From assembly GCA_050012135.1 (NCBI GenBank), contig JBEKHT010000004.1:13249-77248 (forward strand): a stretch of DNA of 64,000 bases, read 5' to 3'. Positions 47,447 through 55,979 of this stretch are shown piece by piece; the stretch's first letter is position 1, and each line of letters starts with the position of its first letter. The notes beneath the pieces are model-generated. The model was not told the DNA's origin, searched no databases, and saw nothing but the letters and a program-made list of their open reading frames with translations. Made by a program: the position numbers and the translations under genes. This DNA is from Anaerolineales bacterium (GTDB lineage: Bacteria > Chloroflexota > Anaerolineae > Anaerolineales > RBG-16-64-43).

Positions 47447-47584
47447 CGCTTCGCTTGGTCTTGCATTCTTGATGCCCCCATTCTACAACCCCCCTTCCCC
47501 CCTGCTTGACTCTTCCCCGACTCCAATGCAACGGGGCTGCCCCTTTTGGGACAGCCCCTCGTCGATTCTCTTGGGCCGGACGGC

Positions 47585-48196
47585 TCAGTCGCCGCGAGCT
47601 GCAGCGGGCTGGGCCTTAGTGGGGATCCGTACCCGTTCCTTGGTGGTTCCCGTTGTCCACCAGGGGGTCCCGATCAACCGGATGATGAAGTAGTCCGCGC
47701 CCAGGTATCCGGACACCTTCCACGCGACGAGGAGGAGGAGGCCCAGCACCAGAAGGAGACCATTGATGCTAGCGCTCCCAGCCATGATGTAGTTCCAGTT
47801 CATGAACGCGCCGAAGAAGCCAGCGAGTCCCGTGAAAACTCCCAGGATCAATGCGACGCCAACCAGGACTTCCCCCACCGACACCACTTTGGCAAACCAG
47901 GTGTACGACTGGGTGTTGATCAGCATCTGAATGAAGGTGCGGTACCAGGCGAAGGCGATGGGAGCCTTGCCGCTAGCAGGGACTGCGACCGCACTCATGA
48001 AGAAGCTCTTCAGGGAAGAGCCGGTCTGCATCCAGGCTGGATTGCGGACCTTATTAATGCCTGCGCTCAGCCACTGGTACCCCACCCAAATGCGGACCGG
48101 AAGCCAGAGCCAAGCCGCCCGGGTGTCATTGAAAAGCCAGGAAATCAGAGGTGGATCCTGAATAAGTTCACCCTTGCGTGAGATTGCCGTTGCCAT
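47585..48196 (-). CDS. DoxX-like integral membrane protein (copy 2)
   Basis: Near-identical paralog of 46271-46882, with the same first 46 residues. The 5' leader and RBS are also conserved. Confidence 0.7.
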   Translation of the reverse strand: MATAISRKGELIQDPPLISWLFNDTRAAWLWLPVRIWVGYQWLSAGINKVRNPAWMQTGSSLKSFFMSAVAVPASGKAPIAFAWYRTFIQMLINTQSYTWFAKVVSVGEVLVGVALILGVFTGLAGFFGAFMNWNYIMAGSASINGLLLVLGLLLLVAWKVSGYLGADYFIIRLIGTPWWTTGTTKERVRIPTKAQPAAARGD

Positions 48197-48602
48197 CTTT
48201 TCCTCCCTCTTGACAAACCCTCGTGGATTTCTTTGACCCAATTTCACCCATAGTTTACGAGCTGAATGCGGGGAAGGGCAGGGGCGTTCAACCCACCCTG
48301 GCCAGGTGCGGTTGTACCTTGTTGGAGCTAAGGAGCCAGAGGAAGGGAAGAAAAGGCAGCTATTCGGAGGGTTGCGATGGGTCCATTTCGCATAGACACG
48401 ATGAGATGATCGACCTGAGCCGATGAATCTCAAACATTCCACAGTCTATGCGAAATGAGGACGGGAACCCATTCCTGCTCGGCCCGAAACAGTCATTGCG
48501 GGGCGGGCAAAAACCGCCCGATGGGGTCACTGGCCTCGGCCCGCGTGGGTTGTTTTTCGCTCAGAGGGAAATGAGGGGTTATGGGTTGGGAGGATCGCTC
48601 GT

Positions 48603-49574
48603 TCAGCGGGCAACGAGTTGGGACCCGTACGCCCAAAGGGCAGGGATTCCACCCGTGTGCCAAAACAAGACCCTCTGGCCAGGTTCCACCTCGCCCAGTC
48701 GAATCATCTGAAGCAAGCCTCCCGCGGCCCGACCCGTGTAGACCGGATCGAGGAGGATCCCTTCGGTGCGCGCGAAAAGACGGATGGCCTCCAGTTCAGG
48801 CTCTCCCATCACCCCGTACCCTTTTCCTGTGAATCGATCATCCGCAATGATATCGGGCGGTGCAAACGTGAGAGGCAGGTCCAAAGTCGTAGCCGTTTCA
48901 TTGGCCAAGTCCGCCACCCGCCTGGCCAGAGCCGCCTTGGGCTGATCCACGCTCACCCCTTGGATCAACCCCTGAAACCCGAATGCGCGTGCTCCCACGG
49001 CCATGCCGGCCTGGGTTCCGCCGGACGAGGAAGCCAACACGATAAGCTCCACCGGGACCTTTTGCTCGAGGAACTCCCGCATGGCCGCGACGTAGGCGCT
49101 GGCACCGAGGGGATTGGATCCCCCATAGGGAATGAGGTAAGGTCTGTGGTGGGAGGCGAATTCGCTTTCGAACGCTCGCTGCAAGGCCAGATCTCGCGGC
49201 TCGTCGCCAGCCCAGACGATATGAGCACCCAGGAGTTCATCCAACAGCAGATTCCCGCTGTCTGTCGCACGCGCCTCCCCGGGCAACACCAGGATGCACC
49301 GCAGGCCGGCCCGGGCGGCTGCGGCGGCAGTCTGGCGACAGTGATTCGAGTGAGGGGCACCGGTCGTCAGCAGGGTGTCCGCGTTTGCGGACAGTGCGTC
49401 CGCCAAAAGGAATTCGAGTTTGCGGGTCTTGTTGCCACCCAGGGCCAGGCCCGTTTGGTCATCTCGCTTGATCAGAATCGTCGTCCCCAATTCTCTGGAG
49501 AGGCGCGGCAATTCCTCAACGGGGGTGGGCAATTGGGCCAGGTGCAGGCGAGGCAGAGCGTCGAGTTTCATCAT
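48603..49574 (-). CDS. PLP-dependent D-cysteine desulfhydrase / ACC deaminase family protein
   Basis: LAQLPTPVEELPRLS...IKRDDQTGLALGGNKTRKLEFLLADAL...TTGAPHSNHCRQTA contains the PLP-lysine motif GGNKTRKLE. The start was trimmed to ATGATG behind GGAG. Confidence 0.8.
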   Translation of the reverse strand: MMKLDALPRLHLAQLPTPVEELPRLSRELGTTILIKRDDQTGLALGGNKTRKLEFLLADALSANADTLLTTGAPHSNHCRQTAAAAARAGLRCILVLPGEARATDSGNLLLDELLGAHIVWAGDEPRDLALQRAFESEFASHHRPYLIPYGGSNPLGASAYVAAMREFLEQKVPVELIVLASSSGGTQAGMAVGARAFGFQGLIQGVSVDQPKAALARRVADLANETATTLDLPLTFAPPDIIADDRFTGKGYGVMGEPELEAIRLFARTEGILLDPVYTGRAAGGLLQMIRLGEVEPGQRVLFWHTGGIPALWAYGSQLVAR

Positions 49575-49638
49575 CGGATCTCCACGAGACAGCCGGATGG
49601 AACGCCAGAGGGGCGGGGCAGATGCCGGAGGGACGTCG

Positions 49639-50754
49639 TCATTCAACCGCCCCACGCACCCGTCGGCGCGCGCCCATGCGCATCGCCCCGAGGATTCTCG
49701 GGACCAGAACGTGATAGGCGCGGTAGAGATAAGGCCGTGCCGTGGTGTCCCAGGCTCCCAGGTGACGCACCAGGGTACCGCCAAAGCCCTGCTTAAAGCT
49801 GTACACTCCCCAAAGCCTGTCCTCCGGGGTGAATTCATCCGGGGCTCCCCAGAAGTCGTACGTATGGCATCCCTGAGACTTGGCCCAGCGAATTGCCTCC
49901 CACTGAAGAAGGTGATTGGGCATTCTGTCGCGGTGCGTGTCTTTGGACATCCCGTACACATACCAAGCCCTGGAGGCGAAGCAGAATAGGATCAGGGCGG
50001 CAACGGGTTCGCCTTCGGCCTCGGCCACCCAAGCGTGGCCGAGGCCCGCCTGCAGGAAGAGCCCCCACGCCGTGCGGTAGTACTCGCTGTCCCGGATCAC
50101 AAAGCCGTCCCTGGCCGAGGTCTCCGCATACATCTGGTAGAGCATGGGATGCTCCTCGGCAGAGGCGCTGCGGATGCGGACGCCCTTCTTTTGGGCCAGC
50201 CTCACGTTGTAGCGCGTCTTTTGCTTCATGGCGGAAAGTAGCTCGGCTTCGGTGCGGCGCAGGTCGAGTTCGAATGTGTTGCGAAACTGGACCTGCTCGG
50301 CTGAGTACTGCCAGCCCCGGGCTTTCAGCACACCTTGAAGGACCCCTGCAAAGGGGTCTTCCGCCGCCTCTGGGCTCCCGGGAAGGCCCGATCCCTCAAC
50401 CACGTCGGGGTCAATTTTCACCTGGATGGCGTGGCTTTCGCGTGCCAGGGCCTCCAGTTCGGCCAGGACGATGGACCGCAGGGCCTCGTCTTGCCACGCA
50501 AGCAACGGTCCCTTGGGCACATAGACAACCCTGGCACGGACGGGTCCGGCCTGCGCCTCCCGTTCCAGAACCTGTGCAGCCGCCCGAGGGGCATGCGCGC
50601 CCTCGAGCTCTTCCCACAGAATCCGGCGTGGCTTCCAGCCATGGGCATTCTTGAATTCGCCCCACCGCCAGGACTGGAGGAAATGTGCCCCAGGCAGGCT
50701 GGCGATGGCCTGGTCCCAGGCTTCCGGGTCAAGTACATCTCGCGGGCCAATCAT
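49639..50754 (-). CDS. FemAB family peptidoglycan interpeptide-bridge aminoacyltransferase
   Basis: HFLQSWRWGEFK, KTRYNVRLAQKKGV and WGVYSFKQGFGG are FemX-like motifs. Confidence 0.85.
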   Translation of the reverse strand: MIGPRDVLDPEAWDQAIASLPGAHFLQSWRWGEFKNAHGWKPRRILWEELEGAHAPRAAAQVLEREAQAGPVRARVVYVPKGPLLAWQDEALRSIVLAELEALARESHAIQVKIDPDVVEGSGLPGSPEAAEDPFAGVLQGVLKARGWQYSAEQVQFRNTFELDLRRTEAELLSAMKQKTRYNVRLAQKKGVRIRSASAEEHPMLYQMYAETSARDGFVIRDSEYYRTAWGLFLQAGLGHAWVAEAEGEPVAALILFCFASRAWYVYGMSKDTHRDRMPNHLLQWEAIRWAKSQGCHTYDFWGAPDEFTPEDRLWGVYSFKQGFGGTLVRHLGAWDTTARPYLYRAYHVLVPRILGAMRMGARRRVRGAVE

Positions 50755-51749
50755 GTCAGCGGCTCTTGGCGCCGGGTCATGACTCCCGCGTACAAGGCGT
50801 ACAAAGGCCAGAAGTACACCCGATCCCAGGCTCCCACGGTTCGGTGGAGAGTGCCTCCAAACCCACGCTTGAACCGATACACTCCCCAGAGGTCGCGTTC
50901 CGTCTCAAGGAACCTCCGTTCCAAGTCTGCCTCCTCAAAGTCCGGGACTCCCCAGAAGTCATACTGATGGCATCCCTGAGCCTTGGCCCACCTCATCGCC
51001 TGCCATTGGAGCAGGTAGGCCGGCATCTTCTCGCGGTGCTGATCGGAGGAAGCTCCATAGAGATACCAGGCGCGTGCGCCCTGACGAAAAGCCATGAGTC
51101 CGCCCACGAGCTGCCGCTCGACATACGCGAAGAACAGCTCAGCCCGGCCGCTTGGGGCGAAGAGTTCCAAGGCCCGGCGGTAGTACGGTTCCGCGTGGGC
51201 GGCAAACCCGTCCCTTTGGGCGGTGACCCTCATTAGATTCCAAAAAGATCGCACGTCCTGCGAGCGCTCGACCAGAACGCCATGGCGCTGAGCAAGATGG
51301 ATGTTGTATCGGGTCTTCGGCTTCATTCGGCCCAGGATCTCCTCTTCTGAGCCGCGCAAGCTGACCATGATCGAGCGAGGTGGTTGCACCGTGTGGGGAC
51401 TGCGCCGGAACCCGAGCGCTCTCAAACCAGCCTGCAGGCGGGGGTCATCTGCCAGGTCCGGCTCGATCTTGAGCGCGAACGCGTGCCGCCGCCTGCAAAG
51501 CGCGTCGAGCTCGGGCAGCAGACGCTCCAAGCCTGCCAGGGGTGGGGGAACCGGTCCCAGGGGAAGGTAAGCGAGGCTAAGGCCGAAGGGGAGAGGCCGG
51601 AAAAGAACCTGGGCGCCATGGTCATCGCGAAGCGCCCAATCGGTTTTCCAGCCAAATGAAGATTTCAGTTGCCCCCATTCCGGAGTTTGAAGGAGATGAG
51701 CCTCCGGATGGTGGGTGATGAAGCGATCCCAGGCGGCCAAATCGGGCAC
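50751..51749 (-). CDS. FemAB family peptidoglycan interpeptide-bridge aminoacyltransferase (paralog)
   Basis: HLLQTPEWGQLK, KTRYNIHLAQRHGV and WGVYRFKRGFGG. There is a 4-nt overlap with the downstream paralog. Confidence 0.85.
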   Translation of the reverse strand: MPDLAAWDRFITHHPEAHLLQTPEWGQLKSSFGWKTDWALRDDHGAQVLFRPLPFGLSLAYLPLGPVPPPLAGLERLLPELDALCRRRHAFALKIEPDLADDPRLQAGLRALGFRRSPHTVQPPRSIMVSLRGSEEEILGRMKPKTRYNIHLAQRHGVLVERSQDVRSFWNLMRVTAQRDGFAAHAEPYYRRALELFAPSGRAELFFAYVERQLVGGLMAFRQGARAWYLYGASSDQHREKMPAYLLQWQAMRWAKAQGCHQYDFWGVPDFEEADLERRFLETERDLWGVYRFKRGFGGTLHRTVGAWDRVYFWPLYALYAGVMTRRQEPLT

Positions 51750-51774
51750 GCCGGGATTATACAGCCAGTCCCCT

Positions 51775-52662
51775 CTAGTGAACTTGACTGAAGTTCACGA
51801 GCAGCAGGTTGTGGGCGCAGTCCGCATATGTCGTCAGGCTGACCTGAGCGGAGATCGGCAGCCCCGAGGCATCGCGCACCTGGACCCAAAGGGTCCCCTG
51901 CGAGGCGACAGGCGTGGTGCCCAAGACGAATTCATAACCACCGGATCCGTAGGAAGTCGCACTTCCCGTGATTGCATCCGTGTTGAAGGTTTTCGAGCCC
52001 CATTTCCCCTGAAGGTGAATCACCAATCCGGCAATCGGTGCCCCGTTGTTGGGCCCAAACACCTGCCCTGCCACCCCAGCCCATGAGCACCCACGGGGGT
52101 CTGAAGCCTGGGTTGCCAGCACACCGCTCGTGGAGAGCGCGAGCGGGTAGGGGGTCGCCGTGGGCGTGAAAGCGATGGTGGAAGTTGCCGTGGGCAGCCC
52201 AGTGGACGTGGCCGTTGGAGGGATAGTGGCCGTGGCCGCCGGAGGGACCGTGGCCGTGCTGGTCGGAAGGATTGTGGGGGTCGCGCTCACCGCCACCACC
52301 GGTGTCTGCGTGGGAGGCAAGGTCCCAGGCGGGAGAGTTGCGGTGCTTGTCAGGGTGGCCTTCGCTGCGGAAGTCGGGGTCGGGGTCCATGTCGGAGGGA
52401 GCACCAGCATGGAGGTGGCCGTGACACTCGGCAATGCCGCCGTTGGGGGCAGCGTCGCGGGCGGGAAAGGGTTGAAGGGGAGATTCGGGTTGACGAAGAG
52501 GAGGCCGTACAAGGCAATCATCCCCACGGTGAATAGCACGATCAGCCCGCTGAGAATATAGAGCGCCACACCTCCACAACTTGGACCGGAACCAGTCGGG
52601 GTGCTTGCGTTGTCGTCGGTCATGCTCGTTTCACCTTTCTGCCCTCTATGCGAGAGTGCCAA
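51775..52662 (-). CDS. single-pass membrane protein with Pro/Thr-rich linker and C-terminal globular domain
   Basis: One TM (VALYILSGLIVLFTVGMIALYGLLF), about 130 aa of PT-rich low complexity, then about 110 aa that look beta-rich. No motif recognised. Confidence 0.6.
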   Translation of the reverse strand: MALSHRGQKGETSMTDDNASTPTGSGPSCGGVALYILSGLIVLFTVGMIALYGLLFVNPNLPFNPFPPATLPPTAALPSVTATSMLVLPPTWTPTPTSAAKATLTSTATLPPGTLPPTQTPVVAVSATPTILPTSTATVPPAATATIPPTATSTGLPTATSTIAFTPTATPYPLALSTSGVLATQASDPRGCSWAGVAGQVFGPNNGAPIAGLVIHLQGKWGSKTFNTDAITGSATSYGSGGYEFVLGTTPVASQGTLWVQVRDASGLPISAQVSLTTYADCAHNLLLVNFSQVH

Positions 52663-52701
52663 GGGATGGCCCCCATCGTCCCTTCGCCGCTGGAGCCGGC
52701 C

Positions 52702-53664
52702 TCATGGTGCGGCCGGGATAACCAAGTTTGCGGCCGAAACCTGCTGGCTCAGCCAGGCTTGCAGCGCCGCGGATCTTAACGTTTGGAGGGCGCCCGGCGA
52801 GAGAGGCTGGGAAGACGAATGTTCCAGTGTCTGCACGATGGCGTATCCCATTTTGGTCTGAATCACGGAACTGATCTGATTCGCGTTCATCGAGAAGGCG
52901 GCCGCTTCCACCTCGGGAAGCGCCAGATAACCGCGCGGAAACCAGCCCAAGTCACCCCCGCTGGCTCTCGTGCTCACATCAATCGAATAGGCATAGGCGA
53001 GAGAAGCAAAATCGGCCCCCCCCTGCAACCGACTAAGCAACTGCCCGGCTTGGGATGAGTCCGCAACCAGAATGTAGCGAGCATGGACCTGCTCGGCTGT
53101 TGCTGGAACCTGCCCGACCACCTTGTCCGTCATTTCCTGAACCAGGATCTGCCTCTGCAATTCCGCGGTGAATTCCTCGCGGGTGTAGCCCGCCTGCGCC
53201 AGCCAGGCATCGAAGCCGCCTGGTCCTCCACGCCCTTCAATGGCCGATTGCAGCGCCTGGGTGAGCTGCCCGGGAGTTATGGTCAGGCCTGCCTTTTGCG
53301 CCGCCTGGGCCGTTACCCGCTCCTGGATCAACGATTGCAGCACAGTTTTTCTATAGTCCCCAAGGGTTGCAAGATCGGTGCCCGATTGTCTCTGGGCCTG
53401 CTCGAAGCGACTGACCTCGCGCTGGAACTCGGCCAGGGTGATCGGTTCGCCGTTCACGAGAGCAGCCAGCGGCTCGGGGCTGGCCGTCGGTGAAAGGGTA
53501 GGAGTTGACGTGGGTGGAGTGGGGACCGGAAAAGGATGCGGCCAGGCCAGCGAGCATCCCGCCAGGAGACAGACGACTGCCACCCCGGCCACTCCGCTGC
53601 GCAAGAGGGAGATGAGGGGAATCCGTCCCGAACCGGCCGAAGGTCGTGCCTGGGTTGAGTGCAA
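52702..53664 (-). CDS. peptidyl-prolyl isomerase lipoprotein (SurA/PrsA-like, parvulin domain)
   Basis: Lipobox LLAGC and a PpiC-type rotamase segment (VHARYILV...GGADFASLAYAYSID..T.ASGGDLGWFPRG). Confidence 0.8.
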   Translation of the reverse strand: MHSTQARPSAGSGRIPLISLLRSGVAGVAVVCLLAGCSLAWPHPFPVPTPPTSTPTLSPTASPEPLAALVNGEPITLAEFQREVSRFEQAQRQSGTDLATLGDYRKTVLQSLIQERVTAQAAQKAGLTITPGQLTQALQSAIEGRGGPGGFDAWLAQAGYTREEFTAELQRQILVQEMTDKVVGQVPATAEQVHARYILVADSSQAGQLLSRLQGGADFASLAYAYSIDVSTRASGGDLGWFPRGYLALPEVEAAAFSMNANQISSVIQTKMGYAIVQTLEHSSSQPLSPGALQTLRSAALQAWLSQQVSAANLVIPAAP

Positions 53665-53734
53665 GTCGCAGGAACCTCGCCGCGCGATTATACTGTAGCT
53701 CGATTCGCTCGCTCAGGGCCAGCGGAGGCGGGCA

Positions 53735-55459
53735 ATGCCAGGCACAGACCTCTTCCAGCAGGCGCTGGAGGCTGCCCGATCGGGCAGGGCGCCCCTTGCC
53801 AGGGAGCTACTTGCCAGGTTGATTCGGGGGGATCCGAAGAATCCAGAGTACTGGATATGGATGAGCTCCGTCGCAGCCGATCGCAAGGAGAAGGTGTTCT
53901 GTCTTGAGCAGGCACTTTCGCTCGACCCAGAAAACGAACTCATCAAGCGCGGGCTGGTCATCCTGGGTTCAAGAAGTCCTGATCTCGCAACCCAGCCCCA
54001 GGGACCCTCAAAGATCGTTGCTCGAGCACCGATTCCCTTGTCGGCGCAGAGAAAGAATCCTGAGAGGCGGTGGGCCCAGGGACGGAGCCGGGTCAATCTG
54101 GGGATCGGGGCAATCAGCTTGGTTTTGGTGATCGCCTTGATCCTCATCCTGGGATCGGTTGCCCTGGGGTGGGCTCAGCGAGTGTCGATGGGCCCTCCGA
54201 CTGCAACCAGGCTCCCGACCGTCTCTCTCACTCCCTCCCCAGCTTTTTCGCCGACGGCACGGATCGAGACGACGCCCTCGGCAAGCACTCCCCTGGCAGA
54301 ATCCCTGGGCGTCTCCACTACTCCCACTTCACTCTACCCGGCCACACCCCATCCGATTCTTGGAGCCTATTCCCTGGCGATGCAAGCCTACCAAGATGGG
54401 GAGTGGGACAAGGCGGAAAGCTATTTCCAGCAGGCGCTGGAGGTTGATCCCAGTTCGCCTGACATTCACTATTGGATGGGAGAGGCCTATCGCCGCTCGC
54501 AGCGCCCCACGGAAGCCCTGTCGGAGTTCGCGACCGCGGTCAATCTCGGCCCCGGGTTCGCCCCATCCTACTTGGGGGTAGCGTATCTTGACTTGGCGGC
54601 TAGCAAGCCCAATGATGCTCTTGACCAGGCTGACCGGGCGATCGAGCTTGACCCCAACTTCGTGGAGGCCTATCTCTTGCGGGCAGACCTGTTGGGGCGA
54701 AAGGGCAATTCTCAGGGGGCCTTCGAAAACCTTCAAAGCGCCGTCCAGGTGGCTCCCCAAAACGCTCTGGCCCTGGCGCTTCTGAGTGGGATGGAAGTGA
54801 CGCAAGGAAACCTCGACGCGGCCTGGAGGGATGCCACGCGCTCTCAGGCACTCGACCCGACCGAGCTGGAAAGTTATCTGGCTTTGGGAAGAGCATATCT
54901 TGCCATGGGTCTTCCCAAAGAGGCCATGTCGCAACTCCAGGTCTACACGGTCTACAAGAGCGATGATGCTGCGGGTTGGACGGATCTCGGGGACGTCTAT
55001 CTGGCTTCAAAAGAATTCGGCTCTGCGGACGATGCCTTTGCGGCCGCCCTGCGTTTGGACAGCCATATTGCCGATGCCTGGATCGGGAGGAGCGAGGCCC
55101 TGGGGATGGAGGGAAGATTCGGCGAAGGAACCGCCGTGGCGGCTCAGGCCGCCGCGCTGTTTCCCAATTCCACCGCCGTTCTGGCTCAATACGGGCGGGC
55201 ACTGATTTCAGCGGGGGATGGGGAAGAGGCGGTTTCGGTCCTGACCCGTGCCATGGGGCAGGGACTGGGGCCCGAGGAATTAGGCACATTGCTGTCGTTG
55301 CGCGCCGAGGCCTACAAGCTTCTTGGGGAGGCTCGGTTGGCCCAAGGTGATTGGAATGAGCTTGTCGGCCTCAACGGTGCGCCAGAATCTCTTCGCCTCG
55401 ATGCCTATGATGAGCTGAGGGCGTTGAGGGCGGGGAGTCCTTCTCCAACCGCGCCGTGA
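53735..55459 (+). CDS. TPR repeat protein with one central TM
   Basis: Multiple TPR-like repeats (AYQDGEWDKAESYFQQALEVDP, NFVEAYLLRADLL, etc.) and one TM (GIGAISLVLVIALILILGSVAL). Confidence 0.8.
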   Translation: MPGTDLFQQALEAARSGRAPLARELLARLIRGDPKNPEYWIWMSSVAADRKEKVFCLEQALSLDPENELIKRGLVILGSRSPDLATQPQGPSKIVARAPIPLSAQRKNPERRWAQGRSRVNLGIGAISLVLVIALILILGSVALGWAQRVSMGPPTATRLPTVSLTPSPAFSPTARIETTPSASTPLAESLGVSTTPTSLYPATPHPILGAYSLAMQAYQDGEWDKAESYFQQALEVDPSSPDIHYWMGEAYRRSQRPTEALSEFATAVNLGPGFAPSYLGVAYLDLAASKPNDALDQADRAIELDPNFVEAYLLRADLLGRKGNSQGAFENLQSAVQVAPQNALALALLSGMEVTQGNLDAAWRDATRSQALDPTELESYLALGRAYLAMGLPKEAMSQLQVYTVYKSDDAAGWTDLGDVYLASKEFGSADDAFAAALRLDSHIADAWIGRSEALGMEGRFGEGTAVAAQAAALFPNSTAVLAQYGRALISAGDGEEAVSVLTRAMGQGLGPEELGTLLSLRAEAYKLLGEARLAQGDWNELVGLNGAPESLRLDAYDELRALRAGSPSPTAP

Positions 55460-55536
55460 GAATCTGGAATCCCTCCGCTGCCTTCCCGTATGGTACAATA
55501 TCGTGGCGCTCGGCGAGGGAGACCCACCTGCGCTTT

Positions 55537-55626
<90 letters not shown>

Positions 55627-55630
55627 TTCT

Positions 55631-55723
55631 GGGGAGGTGCCGGAGTCGGTCGATCGGGGGCGCCTGCTAAGCGCTTGTAGGGCCTTAAAAGCTCTACCCA
55701 GGGTTCGAATCCCTGCCTCCCCG
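55631..55723 (+). tRNA. tRNA-Ser (anticodon GCT)
   Basis: Folded manually: acceptor GGGGAGG/CCTCCCC, anticodon loop CTGCTAA, long variable arm, T-loop TTCGAAT. Confidence 0.9.
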
Positions 55724-55797
55724 CTATCTGCTCGACCTTGGAGCTGGACGCTCCTGGGCCAAGGGAAGGGTCGCAGTTCGGAACGTCAAGTGAACAT

Positions 55798-55873
55798 GCC
55801 CTCGTAGCTCAGTTTGGATTAGAGCACTTGCTTGCGGAGCAAGGGGTCGCGCGTTCGAGTCGCGCCGGGGGCG
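55798..55873 (+). tRNA. tRNA-Arg (anticodon GCG by manual fold)
   Basis: Acceptor GCCCTCG/CGGGGGC, D-arm GCTCAGTTTGGATTAGAGC, anticodon stem CTTGC/GCAAG with loop TTGCGGA, T-arm GCGCGTTCGAGTCGCGC. Confidence 0.85.
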
Positions 55874-55876
55874 CCT
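55828..55876 (+). repeat. attL copy of the 49-bp direct repeat (3' part of tRNA-Arg)
   Basis: TTGCTTGCGGAGCAAGGGGTCGCGCGTTCGAGTCGCGCCGGGGGCGCCT is identical to 61669-61717. Confidence 0.9.
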
Positions 55877-55979
55877 AAACCTGGAAGTCAGTGACCAAAT
55901 CGGCCTGATTTTCCAGGCGAAAACACTCTCATGGAGGAGCCTCGCAACCGCTGAAGTATCTGCGGAAGGAGGTTCTTTC

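Larger units (their letters stand above)
46262..48395. repeat. tandem direct duplication, about 820-bp units with a period of about 1314 bp
   Basis: Unit 1 spans about 46262-47080 and unit 2 about 47576-48395. They align colinearly by eye across the gene plus about 200 nt of upstream leader. The transposase fragment lies in the spacer. Confidence 0.8.
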
